Part shown: piece by piece, positions 51,429 through 64,000 of the stretch
How the letters are laid out: every line of letters starts with the position of its first letter
How positions within the stretch are numbered: position 1 is the first letter of the stretch
Source of the DNA: Octopus vulgaris
Lineage: Eukaryota
DNA: 64,000 nucleotides
Assembly: GCA_951406725.2 (NCBI GenBank)
Contig: OX597815.1
Span: forward strand, 37,758,001-37,822,000
Direction: 5' to 3'
Notes under the pieces: model-generated
What the model was told of the DNA's origin: nothing
What the model saw: the letters and a program-made list of their open reading frames with translations, nothing else
Database searches by the model: none
Position numbers and translations under genes: made by a program

Positions 51429-54400
51429 TTTTATATTACATAAAATATGTTCTACTATCATAGTGGAAATCATCTGAAAATTTGAATAACTTTACTATAT
51501 CTTATGCTTATCATTATTCGATATTTTGCTTTTTGTTTTAGAAATATTTGATTTATAACTTTTAGTACAAAACGAAAATATTTTAGGGGAAGTGTATAGG
51601 AAAAGAGAGATCAGTAGATTACTTTCACTTGTTCTAACTAGCAAGGGAGTCTTTAAGCAAACAAATATCTTTTAAAGATCACTGTACCGTCTACGTTGTC
51701 AACTGTGGTTACATTAAATCCAGGAGAATTTGTGTCATTAAGTTTGGACCGAAAAACGTTTCTGCTTAGAACATTAATCCACCAGTAAGCTACAGCTGGA
51801 ATTGTTAGCTCTTGTCACACGTCGGGGCGCTCAAATTTCGTGAGAACAAACAAATTCTCTAGGACTTAATATTGCACAATAGATGTGCAATAGAAAAAGA
51901 AAAAGAACACGGCTGGAAAGATTTGATTTTAGATGGTCTCAATGAATGTATGCATGATAAAATTAGAAGCTATTAACACGTTTTATTGATTCCAGACGAA
52001 TAAAGCGAGAAAACAACAAACAAAATCCTGATTCAATCGCATAATATATCAACATAATCATTGATTTAACATTTTATCTTAATTCATATGTAATAAAAAG
52101 TAAATTCAATGTTTTGCTAGAGCCAAACTATAGTGCCCTCATGCATAAGCTTTAGCAAATCCCATCCCGGTGAAACTTATGCATAGAATACAATTAATTC
52201 ACCACCGCCAGACAGTGAAACGATCTCAGTTTTCATATTACAACAAGCAGATCAACTTTGTACTTTTTAGTGGAAGATAAATGCACTTGACCACCATATA
52301 TTTAAATATTTTCACTCTAGCCCCAATGTTAACAATTATTGAAGTATTATATTTCAGTAAGCCCTTGGTTACTAATCTCATAAACTACTCACCCAGCTCT
52401 CTGCTACTATCGTAAACAATCGTACATTAATTTTATTGTTTTTAATTAGAATGAACTTTATGTAGTTGTTATAAATTCTAATGCTTTAAATGTCACGATT
52501 TTGTTTTCGAAGTAAATCATTACATTACATTATTCTTTCAAAATAATTCTTGGAAAATGTTGTAGGGGGCAGTAAAGAATCTTTTTGACACAAATAATAC
52601 GAAAATGATGGCCATTGTATTTATAATGAAATACCATTAATTGGCAGGTAGTTTGTTTTTGTTTTTGATAACACAAGAAAAGATGTTGACATTGTTGTTC
52701 ATGTTTTGTCTCATGTTAACACTGATTGAACAGATCTATCATCAATGACGTCGTTTTGTATATGTTGTGTTGCATTACCTAAAACCCCTTTTTTAAAGAC
52801 AATAGTAGTTAACTTTTCTCAGCACACAATCCCGTTAGAATATAATATTATTGTCCATTCATGACTTTAATATCAATATATTTCTGCTACTAATTATCCA
52901 CATCTGGTCTAGTGAGATATAATCCCGGAGCAAGGGCGATTTGCAACAGAAATTCATATAGAATTCAGATTACGTAAATATTTTGTCGCATTATAAAATA
53001 TGTTAATTTTAATATCACTTTTAAGTTCGTAAATTATAAACGAAATTGAATTTTTACATGTGAACAGGATTCAGGTGTACAATATATAAATACGGAATAA
53101 ATTTTTAGTATCAATATACGCACTCGCACAATTTAGAAATAGCTAGAACTATGTAAATGAGAGACTGGAAATGAAAATAAAATCAACAATATTTATGAAA
53201 AATACCAAAAAGGGAATTAAAGAAGCCTAGACAAGATTTTAAAATGATATAAAAACTAAATATTTTAGAACGAAATAAAACCTAAATATTTTAATAAGAG
53301 CGAGAAAGAATTATGATGGCAAGATGTTGATATATTAAAATAGCTAAAGCGCCTGAAAAGGAAAGGAAAATAGACGTTGCGGAAAACGAGTTAATGAGAA
53401 GAAATTAGCATTTGAACTGTAAGGGTGAAAACGGAAATTATGTTTTAGATTGAAGGGTAAACAAGGGATTGAAAACAACCATTGCGTAATTTGTAAAGAT
53501 TTGGTAAAAGTTTTAATTTGTTTTATTCTTTAACTAGTTTTAGTCGATGGACCGTTGCAGTGCAATACAATGGCTTCGCCTTGGAAGACTTTTGTCAATT
53601 GTATCGTAGACAGTACTTTTTCTGGTGTTTATTGTATTGATTTTTTATGATCCAAATGGATAAATTAAGATTATCTTAAAGAGACGTAATAGAATAAATA
53701 CCAAACGGTGATTTTGTGTTCAATGTTGTTCAACTATTGGTACCCGTTACGTAAACACACACACACAGCGCGCGTACACACACGTAGAGAGAGAGGAAGA
53801 GACACACACACAAACACGCACACGCACACTCTCTCTCACACAAATATACACACAAGGATGCAAGCACACACACATACACTTGTATATAAGGGTTTTGTAT
53901 ACATTTTGTCTATAATATCCATTGGGAACGATACTCTGAGTTACTGTTTCATACCATAGCAATTCTAACCAAAACGTTTTCTGTGTGATTCCAAATCTAA
54001 ATCCGTAACAAAGTTGCTATCGCTGAATTTATTATGATAAAGACAATAGTTTGATATTGGACCAATACATGCATCATGTGTCACCCAAAGTTTATATTAG
54101 GTGCAGGCTGAACAGTTATTTCAAAAGCATAGATATCTTCAAGAAAGCACTTATATGCAGCAGTGAAGAAATCAAATGCAAAAATGGTCATTTTAAGCTT
54201 TGCAAATCAGTTAACCAATACAGTGAGCTATACTGTGCTTCCTTTTCTTACTGACGATATGTCATATACTACACTATTAAGAAAGAATATAGGACTCTTC
54301 CGGCTGGCAGAACGTTTGAACAAATATGTCAGCAACAGGACAAGGATAACGTATACACTTAGGAGTTTTGACAGACCATAACTGAATTTGTGCAATGATT

Positions 54401-54628
54401 TAGCGTCATTCCTTTTTAGGAATCTGCATACTATTGCAACAGCAAACTGTCAGGCGGAATGTGTGTTCACTAAAATTTTCGATTTAATTAATTACAGATA
54501 ATTAGAGATACAGGTTGTTATTAAAATGATGTGAACGACATTGAAGGATTAAAAACTGATTATTTTACCGTTTAGTTAGATAGAAGAGTTAATGACCATG
54601 ATCTTCACAGAATACTGATTTTCCAGAA

Positions 54629-54754
<126 letters not shown>

Positions 54755-55379
54755 ACACAAAATGGCTAGTTCGAGCGTCAGGGGGAAAACAGCATTAGAA
54801 ATAGCGAAGAGGAAAAATGGACGTCACAAGTAGCCCTGCACTAAACGTGGATTCAATAACCTGCGTTTTGTATGTAATTAACAACGTTTAATGGAATTGA
54901 AAATTCGGATGCGACCATTTTGTGCTTGACAGTTTGCAATCTCAATAGTATAATAGTTGTCACAAGTGAGATAGAATTCAACTACCTATTTCAGACGACC
55001 AACAAACGCATAACAGTGAAAGACAGTGTATATGTCAGCCAGAGGCTGCAGCATTTCGATGATACAATTTTGGCAATCCACTGAATGACCTTCCTTGTTA
55101 GATATGGTCGAGGATGTAACAGAATTACCGTCAGCACGTGATAGTAGTAGTATTTTGTGAGTAATACTGACATTTGTCGAGAATCATTAGCATAAAAGAA
55201 CTGAAGTGTACTCTTATTCTGAAGATGAAGGCTAGCTAAACATTGTAATATAGTTTTAGTTGTTTTATTCACTTTCTTATTTGCTTCGATGTGTGGAAAG
55301 GCTGTAACCACGGTTTTTGCGAACCGCTCAAGACTTCTATGACAGATATTATTAACTTATTACTTAAAATACTGTAAAG

Positions 55380-57740
55380 CACTCACTGCAGGAAAGGCTG
55401 TAGAAAGTGAAAATGAGAGTGGCGTGCTGGAAAGAAAGAACTGGAGGTAGTGATTTGTGCAAGGCGTGGGATTTTGTATACAATATAAGAAATGTAAGCA
55501 AGAGATGTGTTTTGAGTGACTTCATGCCAGTTGAGCACATATTTTCTAGGTGTGGTCTCGAGTATTTGAATGTGTAGTGGTAATACTGACCCAGATATCG
55601 AAACAGTCCTTGCAGAAAACTAGTGAGTAATTAGTACAAGATTAATTAGAGAGTACAGACTGAGCCGTTCATCTTGCGACAGTAACGCTATTGTGAGATC
55701 CCTATTCAACGATATTTTTGAGGTCTCTGATCATGAGCCCAATGCAGGATTTATGTGAAGTGTCTTGATCGCTTGTGTATGGCACCAGTGTAGAAAATTT
55801 CTTCAAGTGCCGAATGTTGTAGCACCATTTACCCTGCTGTAGCGCAGCAGCATGTCGTTCACTTGGCGGACTTACATAAGTGGTTTTCGCTTTATAAATT
55901 ATGCGTATGAACATTATTTATATAGGGATTTCAGTCCATGGTATATTCTTTGATTGGCGGCGAGCTGGCAGAAACGTTAGCCCGCCGGGCGAAATGCTTA
56001 GCAGTATTTCGTCTGCCGCTACGTTCTGAGTTCAAATACCGCCGAGGTCGACTTTGCCATTTATCCTTTCGGGGTCGATTAAATAAGTTCCAATTACGCA
56101 CTGGGGTCGATATAATCAACTTAATCCGTTTTTCTGTCCTTGTTTGTCCTCTCTGTGTTTAGCCCCTTGTGGGTAGTAAAGAAATAGGTATATTCTTTGA
56201 TTGTTCAGGAGTGACGCATAATTGTATCCAGGTATATAAAAGCACATTTGCTTCCACGGTTAGCTCAGAGAAAAGGGTTCACTTGTAGCATCATAGGATT
56301 CAAAGGTAACTGTAGTATATGTAAATGTGTGGTGGGTGGGGGTTGTTTACGACTATAAGGTGTTTGCATGATCCAATAATAACATACTGTAATAACCTTT
56401 AGAAGTCTGGCTTTTGTGGGAAGTGGGTAAGAGATCTGTGATGTTCGGAGTGAGAGTATATCAATTAAGGATACGAGTAAGTGGTGATAATAGCTGTTAC
56501 AGAGAGATCGGAATCACATCTGATTCCGTTTCTTTATATAAATCATTGGTGTGGGATGATTGTGAAATCTAAGAGTAGTAGTGAGACTGTGAGATAAAGC
56601 TTCAGAGAAGAGTGATGTAAAATAGATTCATTCGGTGTAGGACAAGGATGAAGGAAGACATTAAAGACATCAAATCAATTTAAACACTTTGCGTTTGGAC
56701 AACTAAATGTATTTTGCAGAAGTCTTAGTGAAAGAAGTGAGTGTTGGAGAACTTTTATTCTATGTAAATGCAAGCAACACTTCAATTTCAATGTGAATTT
56801 GAAATAATGATTGTAGCGTGGCGAACAGAGAACAGAGTAGAGTTATAGTGAGGGTATGACGGATTTGCATCCCAGAGAAGATATTAGTAATAAGTGGTGG
56901 CTGATATCCAGCTTAAACTGGACAGGCTGAATGTTGTAGACCCCCAAATATTGTTTCCTGAACCGAGCCTGTGTCAAGTATTGTGACACATCTTCTCAAG
57001 GATGTATTTTCACTTGCTTACTCTAAGAAACAGTGATAACACACAACAGAAAGCTTTGTAAGAAGCTTTGCGTCAAGATATGTTGCACATTCACGGAAGA
57101 TGCTTGCAAATTAATGTGGGTTTACTAAGTATAAGAGATTGTCTGGTGAGGGTGTTAATGTGGGAGACATATTAGGCCACAACATTCAAAATCTTCAAAT
57201 GAAAGTGAGTTACAATGCTTTGTCAAGTGTCTCCTTTGCTTTACAAGTCATTTATGGTTTGGAGTGAGTGATCAAAACTTTAAAACGCATTGCATTTGCT
57301 GTGGCTGTAAAAGTCATATTAAACCTGAGGGAGTTGTATTATAGACGGACGTCAAAATTTCCCGAATGTTAGGAATTCAGAGATAAAAAGAAGGACAGAG
57401 CGAGGATGAATGCGAACAGGAAAGTAGAAGAAAAGAAGTGTGGGAGAGGAGTAATAGTAAAATTTGGCAAATAAAATCAATGAACTTCTAGATGTGAATT
57501 ACTCAGGAGTATATAGTTGGAGAAGAAGAATCGCTATAGGAGTGTGTAATGGGAAGAAAGGTACTTATGATATAAAAAAGATAGGGCTAAGGGGAAAGTC
57601 TCGGGTTGAAAACAATGCTGAAAGTGCACAGATTTGAGATGTGAGTGGCGGGTAAGAGGCGGTAATCACTAAGGGATCCGTGTTATTGGAGTATAAAATA
57701 GTGTAATAAGAGTAGTTTGATTTGGGAAAAGGCTAATTTT
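55380..57740 (-). mobile_element. Heavily decayed CR1/Jockey-group LINE sequence, interrupted by a SINE
   Basis: Strand composition bias typical of antisense LINE ORF2; residual NIWGS (~56950) and SFTKTS (~56730) motifs; no intact YADD. Confidence 0.45.
55956..56190 (+). mobile_element. SINE family B, full length, young
   Basis: GGCGGCGAGCTGGCAGAA (A box), GAGTTCAAAT (B box), CCTTTCGGGGTCGAT (Nin-like); target duplication GGTATATTCTTTGATTG at 55940 and 56187. Confidence 0.95.
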
Positions 57741-59055
57741 TCACATGGTACATGAAATAGATGATATCATTTGCAAAGTTAATTATTTTGCTCTATCCTT
57801 TCTAATTCAATAAACGAACTTAGATTATTGACAGGGTTTGTTGCAATTACTCTTTGTCAACCAGATGATATTTATAATCGACAATATTATGATTGATTAG
57901 GGCGATGTCAAATCAATTTCATACAAAGTCATAGCTCTTAAGGCAAAACTTTTCTATGTTTTATTTTAAGAAAATATCACAGACTGGGAAATAGCTGATT
58001 TCAATAACAACACCAAAATCCTTTTTTATTAGCAGTATTAACATGAATCATGATTATAACTTTGCCTTCGCAAATGCTAGCGGTCATTGATTTAAATGTT
58101 TAACTGATGAGACAGTGTGAGAAACAATTTATCAGATCTCATATTCCTTCTTTTAACTATGTTTCTGAATAACTTCCCGAATGCTTCTGTGAGAATCATC
58201 AAAAAATTCCTTTTGGTATTAGAGAAACAATTATATGATTTTATATTTTGATTTATTTTACCATTATTCCATATTTCTGAATATCTAAACTTATTAAATT
58301 TCATTATTAAATTTTAACGTCTAAATAAATGTAGCCAAAAGTGTTTTTCAAACGTCTTGTTTGAAGTTAATTGAACTTAGAAGCAGGAGCTATATTCAAT
58401 TACAAATAATTACATATCATTGCATTCATAAACGCAATATCTTTCATTTATATATTTGACTGTATTTAAGAATCGTTTTCTTTACAAAATAACATCTTAG
58501 AAATATATTTAATATTTTATTTACTTTTCCCATTTCTAGAATATCTTCGTATTTAATGGCTTTATAATTGGTAAAAAAAAAAACGCCTCAATTATACTGA
58601 ACTAATAAAAAAATATAGAACTCCAAATTCAACGTCAATTAGTTTGACAAAAACCCTAAGGAATCTCTAAATTATGAATGGAAAATGTTTTTAGATATCT
58701 CAGTTAAAACAACATTTATGAAATAAAAACAGAAAAATGTTTTTGAAATTTAGAGAGAAATTATTCAAATATCAACTGAGGTTTAATAATTTCGTGTCAA
58801 AAGTGAATGTATTTTGGAGTGAAATTAATAGTTGATTATATTGGCATATGGTTATAACATTTGAATGGAAGTAGACATGGTATTTATTTTATAGAATATT
58901 GAAGGAAGAAATGTAATATCGGAATTCATTCAATTTGAAGAAGGCGAGATAGGAAGCAAAATGTCATCGCCACTACTCCTCACATTCTCTTGTCTTTATT
59001 ATTGGAAGGCGTTAGTAAAATATGTGACCTCATCCCGTGGCGAATTAGTAAACAG

Positions 59056-59104
<49 letters not shown>

Positions 59105-59109
<5 letters not shown>

Positions 59110-59400
59110 TAATCCTTCGAACAGTCGGTCAGCAGCGACGCCTCCTGGATCCGGCTACTCCACATTGATAAGAGGCAAACACCTCGAAACTAGTCTGTGG
59201 ATGCCAGAGCAGCAAGGGGAAGCTGCTGACCTCTTCTTTACGAAGGTTATAATGGACACAGGTTTGTGTGTCACCTAGCTAGCTAGAGGCGATGGCCTCT
59301 TGGAGCTAATCAACGGCAGCATTCGTCCTATTTATCTGGACTGCCATGTTAGCTTGGCAATAACTATTAATCTCCAGTACCGCTGCCGTAGTCTCCTTTA
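59105..59400 (+). mobile_element. Structured, hammerhead-containing non-coding element (retrozyme-like monomer)
   Basis: GC-rich island next to (TA)n with nested stems; architecture parallels the 17681-18274 repeat. Confidence 0.75.
59159..59201 (+). ncRNA. Minimal type I hammerhead with two core substitutions
   Basis: TCCACA-tTGATaA-GAGG-CAAACA-CCTC-GAAA-CTAG-TC-TGTGGA; perfect stems I and II, palindromic CTAG, GUC triplet. Confidence 0.8.
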
Positions 59401-59733
59401 GAGAGAATTAGAAATAATGATATTTCTATTTTTTTTTAAATATATTATTTTACATGTATCATTTTATTGGGATTAACAGTAGGATAAATTGTAACTCCAA
59501 AGATTTTACGCAATTTGCAAAATTGTTAGGGTGATAAAAATTAGCATGATATCTATCTGAAAGAGAATTCGGTTCCCTGAGCGCTTGAACACTGCCCATG
59601 ATGTGTAATGGTTAATACACACGATAGAAGTTTTAAAATGGGTGATATTTTCCTCTCGCATGAACTGTATCTGTAACCAGTAACTTTAGTATTGCTGATT
59701 CCTTGTTGGTTTCTGTTAATTATAATTTCGTGA

Positions 59734-59930
59734 AATCGTTAGCACGACGAGTAAAATGCTTAGCGGAATTTAGTCCGTCTGCATGTTCTGAGTTCAAATT
59801 CCGCCGAGATCGACTTTGCCTTTCATCCTTTCGGGGTCGATAATTTAAGTACCAGTCAAAGACTTGTTGTCGATGTAATCGACTATTCCCCGCCCCAGAA
59901 TTTCAGGCCTTGTGCCTTCAGTAGAAAGGA
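59734..59930 (+). mobile_element. SINE family B
   Basis: Typical body; direct repeat ATTATAATTTCGTGA at 59719 and 59930. Confidence 0.9.
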
Positions 59931-60221
59931 TTATAATTTCGTGAGGTTAAAGTTAACTTAAACATCTCCAACATTGGATAATCTATGAATCATCTGCTGT
60001 TATTGGGAACCAATTTTATTATGATTGATATCTAAAACCTTATGGTCGCCGTACAACTAAATGTATAGGAAGTTCAATTCGAGGTCTTGCTTTCGATTCC
60101 GCTGCATGTGATTTACTCAAACGTCTTTTACTGTAGCCTCGGATTGACATCTAACTTCTGAGGGAAATTGAGTAGGAGGAAAGTGTACAAAAGCTTGTCA
60201 GTTGGATTGTACCTTTAATTC

Positions 60222-60542
60222 TGGCGCGTTGCTTAGTGGTTAGGGCATTCAGCTTACAATTGTATGGTCGTGAGTTCAATTCCCGGCGACGCGTTGTGTA
60301 CTTGAGGAAGACACTTTATTTCACGTTGCTCCGGTCAACTCAAGTGGCAAAAATGAGTTGTACCTGTATTTTAAAGGGCCGGCCTTGTCACACTCTGTCT
60401 CACGCTGACTCTCATAGAAAACTACGTTAGGGGTACACGTGTCTGTGGAGTGCTCAGCTACTTGCATGTTAATTTCACGAGCAAACTGTTTCGCTGATCG
60501 TATCAGTTGGGACCCTCGTCGTCGTAACCGTCGGAGTGTTCC
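60222..60542 (+). mobile_element. SINE family C, full length
   Basis: Typical body; direct repeat ACCTTTAATTC at 60211 and 60543. Confidence 0.92.
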
Positions 60543-61190
60543 ACCTTTAATTCAAGAAGTACAGCTATGTCCGTAAACTAAGCACTCTGACTTTGCTTGA
60601 GAATCATGTTAAGGGTACCCATGTTTGGGTAATTGTCAGTCATTCACATGCTAAATCAGTAGTAGGCAATTCAGTTGATCTATCAACTGAATTCTCATCA
60701 TGTTTATGTGTGATATTTGAAGAACACATTTTTGTGTATCCATAATCTCCATGAAATCATCTTTGTATGAAAATGTTTAGTTGTATCTTTCTTTGGAATG
60801 TCACGCTTATACATTGCTACGTCAAATATTAGTCTATCTAACACATCTTTCTAAACGAGCTAAGAATTTTCAAAGCTCATCTGCGGATTATAAGGGTAAA
60901 TTTTTGTTGACATTGCCTGCCGACGATTTGGTTAGAAAATATACAATCAAGAAACTAACATCTGAGAGTATACCAACCATATTACTCAGATTATGAAGAG
61001 AAGAAAATAGGTTGCCAATTAGGAAATCTATAAATTCTGTCTATATTTACCGAGAAAATGGGTGAATTTCAAACGAGAACGTTAAAGAATACTAAGATGG
61101 ACTTCGAGAAAAAATTCACCATTTTCTCTGTCACGTATCATAAGATATAGAGTGACAGCTTAATTATATGTCACAGCTGAATGACAAGAA

Positions 61191-61238
<48 letters not shown>

Positions 61239-61687
61239 TTGTGACGACTATTTCTAGAACAAATATCCTGTAGAAACTCAATATATTTAGAAAATAAATA
61301 ACATGATAAAAATTTAGAAATTAAAATAATTTCTAAATTTTTTTTACTTGTTAATATTACTGTTTGAAACGATTGTATGCATAGATTATTATTTTTTTAA
61401 AACATGTAACACCTTCTCTTCGCCAGCTTTTATTTTTTGTTGAGTTTCTATAGCATATTTCTTCTAAAAATTCTCATAACAAACCTTATACTGGTAGCAT
61501 TTTCATATTTGCCGGTAAGCTTCTTATGGCGTGGTGTTAAAACAAAGCGCCGGGTGTTGAAACACTCGAAACTCATGGAGACGCAAGACGACTCACCTCT
61601 ATATATACATACATACATACATGCATACATATATACAGACATACATATTTACATATATACACAGGCACACAGGTTCGTATATATGCT

Positions 61688-61885
61688 TTTACTTGTTTCA
61701 GTCTCTTGACTGCAACCTTGAAGGATTTTTAGTCGTACAACTCGACCCCAGGACTTATTTTTAAAGTCTAATACTTAGCCTTTCGTTCTCCTTTGTCAAA
61801 CCGCAAAGCTACAGGGACGTAAACTCACCAACACCTGTTGTCAAGCGGTGACGGGGACGCACAGGCAGATGCAAAGACATACACA

Positions 61886-61933
<48 letters not shown>

Positions 61934-62095
61934 TATACGACGGGTTTCTTTTAGTTTCCGTCTACGAAATCCACTCAAAAAGATTTGGTCGGCGCGATGC
62001 TATAGTGGCAAGCACTTACCCAAGGCGTCAAGCAGTGGGACTGAACGCGGAACGTTGTGGTTGGGTAGGAAGCTTCTTAGCACACAACCACGCCT
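61688..62095 (-). mobile_element. SINE family A with internal microsatellite
   Basis: Reverse-complement similarity to the 40550 copy. Confidence 0.85.
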
Positions 62096-62820
62096 GTACT
62101 TTATTTATAGAGTTACAATATTGTCAATTGTATAATGTGGGGACAATTTGCACAAATTTCAAGCGAGTAGGAGATATATATATATATACCAAATAGGATG
62201 TAGAGCACTCATTCTCACTGACCGATACAATCTTGTATACATAAATATACATACATACATACATACATACATACATACATACATACATACATACATACAT
62301 ACATTCATATATACACATACATACATACGTACATACATACATATAGCTTATTGATTAGAGACAAGTATTCTTTGTATAGAATACAGTTCGTAGTGCTCAA
62401 GAGATTTAAACTTGAGCAGGTAGAGGAGTAAATGCAAGGATAAGCGAGTTAGGCAAGTCGATACACAAAAAATATTAAATACATTTAATACAAAATATGT
62501 ACGTATGTTTACATATAAAAAGGTCCGACTTATACAGAATAGAAATGATATTAAAGGGGTTGAATAAGTGTTTTACGAATCCAGTAGCTGTTTCTGGGGG
62601 CTTGATGGTCCAAAATAATTTTATAATTTTAAGTGTTGACAGAACGGATTTTAAAGGTTCCATCTTTAAACTCCATTCTATCAACACCTCAAATGTAAAA
62701 TTTTTCTCGAAAGACGGAGATGATGGAATCAATTTACAAATATCATTTTGGACCACTGAGTCCCCCCAAAAAGGGCTTTTTCTCTTATAATCTTTACCTC
62801 TCATTAGATCATATTACCTA

Positions 62821-63310
62821 CCGTAAATCCTTGAGTATAATCCGCATTTCTTCCCAAACATTTAAAGGTCAAAATCCCTAGTGCGTACTATATACGAGGT
62901 TAAAATAAAAATTATTTTCTAAGCAATGTCCGGGTCTCTATTTGCTGTACGGCAATGTTTATTCAGACGCATTTTGTGATTTCGGGTGCGAAAACACCTT
63001 AAGCTAAGCCTGAAAGCAATGAAGTCATAAAAGAATCATCCATAACTTGCAGTAAGCAACATTTATTAAACGTTATTACTGTTATTACTGATATTTCTTT
63101 ATTTTTTGCAAACAAAATGCACAAAAAAGCTACACGTTCGCATTATGTTATATATACAATAATAATAAAGGACGGTACCGTATACATTTTTACAAACCAA
63201 GGACCTCCTCGACTCAAGTAGAGAACGGGTGCGTGTTGTACACAAGGTTTATGCTTTTCATATGTACAACCCCCTATACTTAAGGGCGGACTATACTCTA
63301 GAATTTACGG
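62821..63310 (+). mobile_element. Shorter deletion derivative of the pogo/Tigger-like element at 29172
   Basis: TIRs CCGTAAATCCTTGAGTATAATCCGC / GCGGACTATACTCTAGAATTTACGG, TA duplication; first ~250 nt match 29172-29420. Confidence 0.92.
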
Positions 63311-64000
63311 TATTTTCCGTACACTCATTCCTTGTCTTCCCTCTTACTTTCCATGTGCATGTCTTTAAACTGTATAAGCCCTCTTATCAGTTGTTATGCT
63401 CATCTTCTTTTGTCCCACTTTACTTAATTCACCTGAATTAACCCTCATCTGTCTCTCCTTTCAGCTGACTTGGTCCTTGCTTTTATCAGGCTTTCACTGC
63501 ACCTACACTATAACCTGTAAGTTCAATCGCTCTCCCCGACATGCTTCAGTATTCCCCCCAAATTGCTTACACTTGCGTTTTGCCCGTTCTTTCCGTACAA
63601 TTCCTTCTACATTGTAATCCGTCACCTCTTCTATTTCATATTTTTTCTATGGTCGTAGTTTTAACTCTCAATTTTTTCTCTCCTAATAACGATATCTCTT
63701 TGCAGTATATGTTTCTACACAAATTTACATCAATGTCTACAAATGACAAATCACATCAGTGGATATGTCTACGAATGACAAATACATAAATAACAGTGGA
63801 TAATAATAAAGTGGAAACACATGGTAAAAGATTTGAGGTTTCAGCACCTAGTGTGAATAAAATGTACTATATGTCGGGTGGGGGCAGGGTGCCGAAGAGT
63901 TCTTGGGTTTAAGGGCGTTGCGAAATTCTTGGTTGGAGACCCAACCTTCCGAGTAGGGCTTAGACAAACTGAAGGACCGATACTTGATTTGTTCATTATT

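Noticed and set aside
62475-62804. Overlapping ~100-aa ORFs on both strands
   Set aside because: No recognisable domain or splice signals; possibly decayed LINE sequence continuing past 63311, but not supportable.

Overview
AT-rich eukaryotic (animal) DNA packed with microsatellites and transposable-element remains. The tRNA-derived SINE families resemble those described from octopods, so this is probably a cephalopod genome (inference). I see no intact host gene; almost all ORFs in the supplied track are microsatellite read-through. Supported content: decayed DNA transposons (five mariner pieces, one full-length IR/DR Tc1, two maT-like, one rosa/DD41D-like with an internal inversion, two pogo/Tigger-like), a Helitron PIF1 helicase remnant plus non-autonomous Helitrons, RTE and CR1/Jockey-group LINE remnants, a young 5'-truncated R4/Dong-clade LINE inside a (TAA)n tract, many SINEs, and several palindromic inserts that look Penelope-derived. 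The most interesting signal is RNA structure. About nine hammerhead-ribozyme motifs occur in 64 kb. Two sit in a 355-nt head-to-tail repeat (17681-18274, minus strand) and one in a sequence-divergent element (59105-59400, plus strand). These two loci share the same order of hairpins and a 14-nt motif, suggesting a retrozyme-like structured-RNA family. Scattered Cys-rich, stop-ridden segments on the plus strand may be a decayed multi-EGF gene. Coordinates of decayed elements are approximate and were read by eye.
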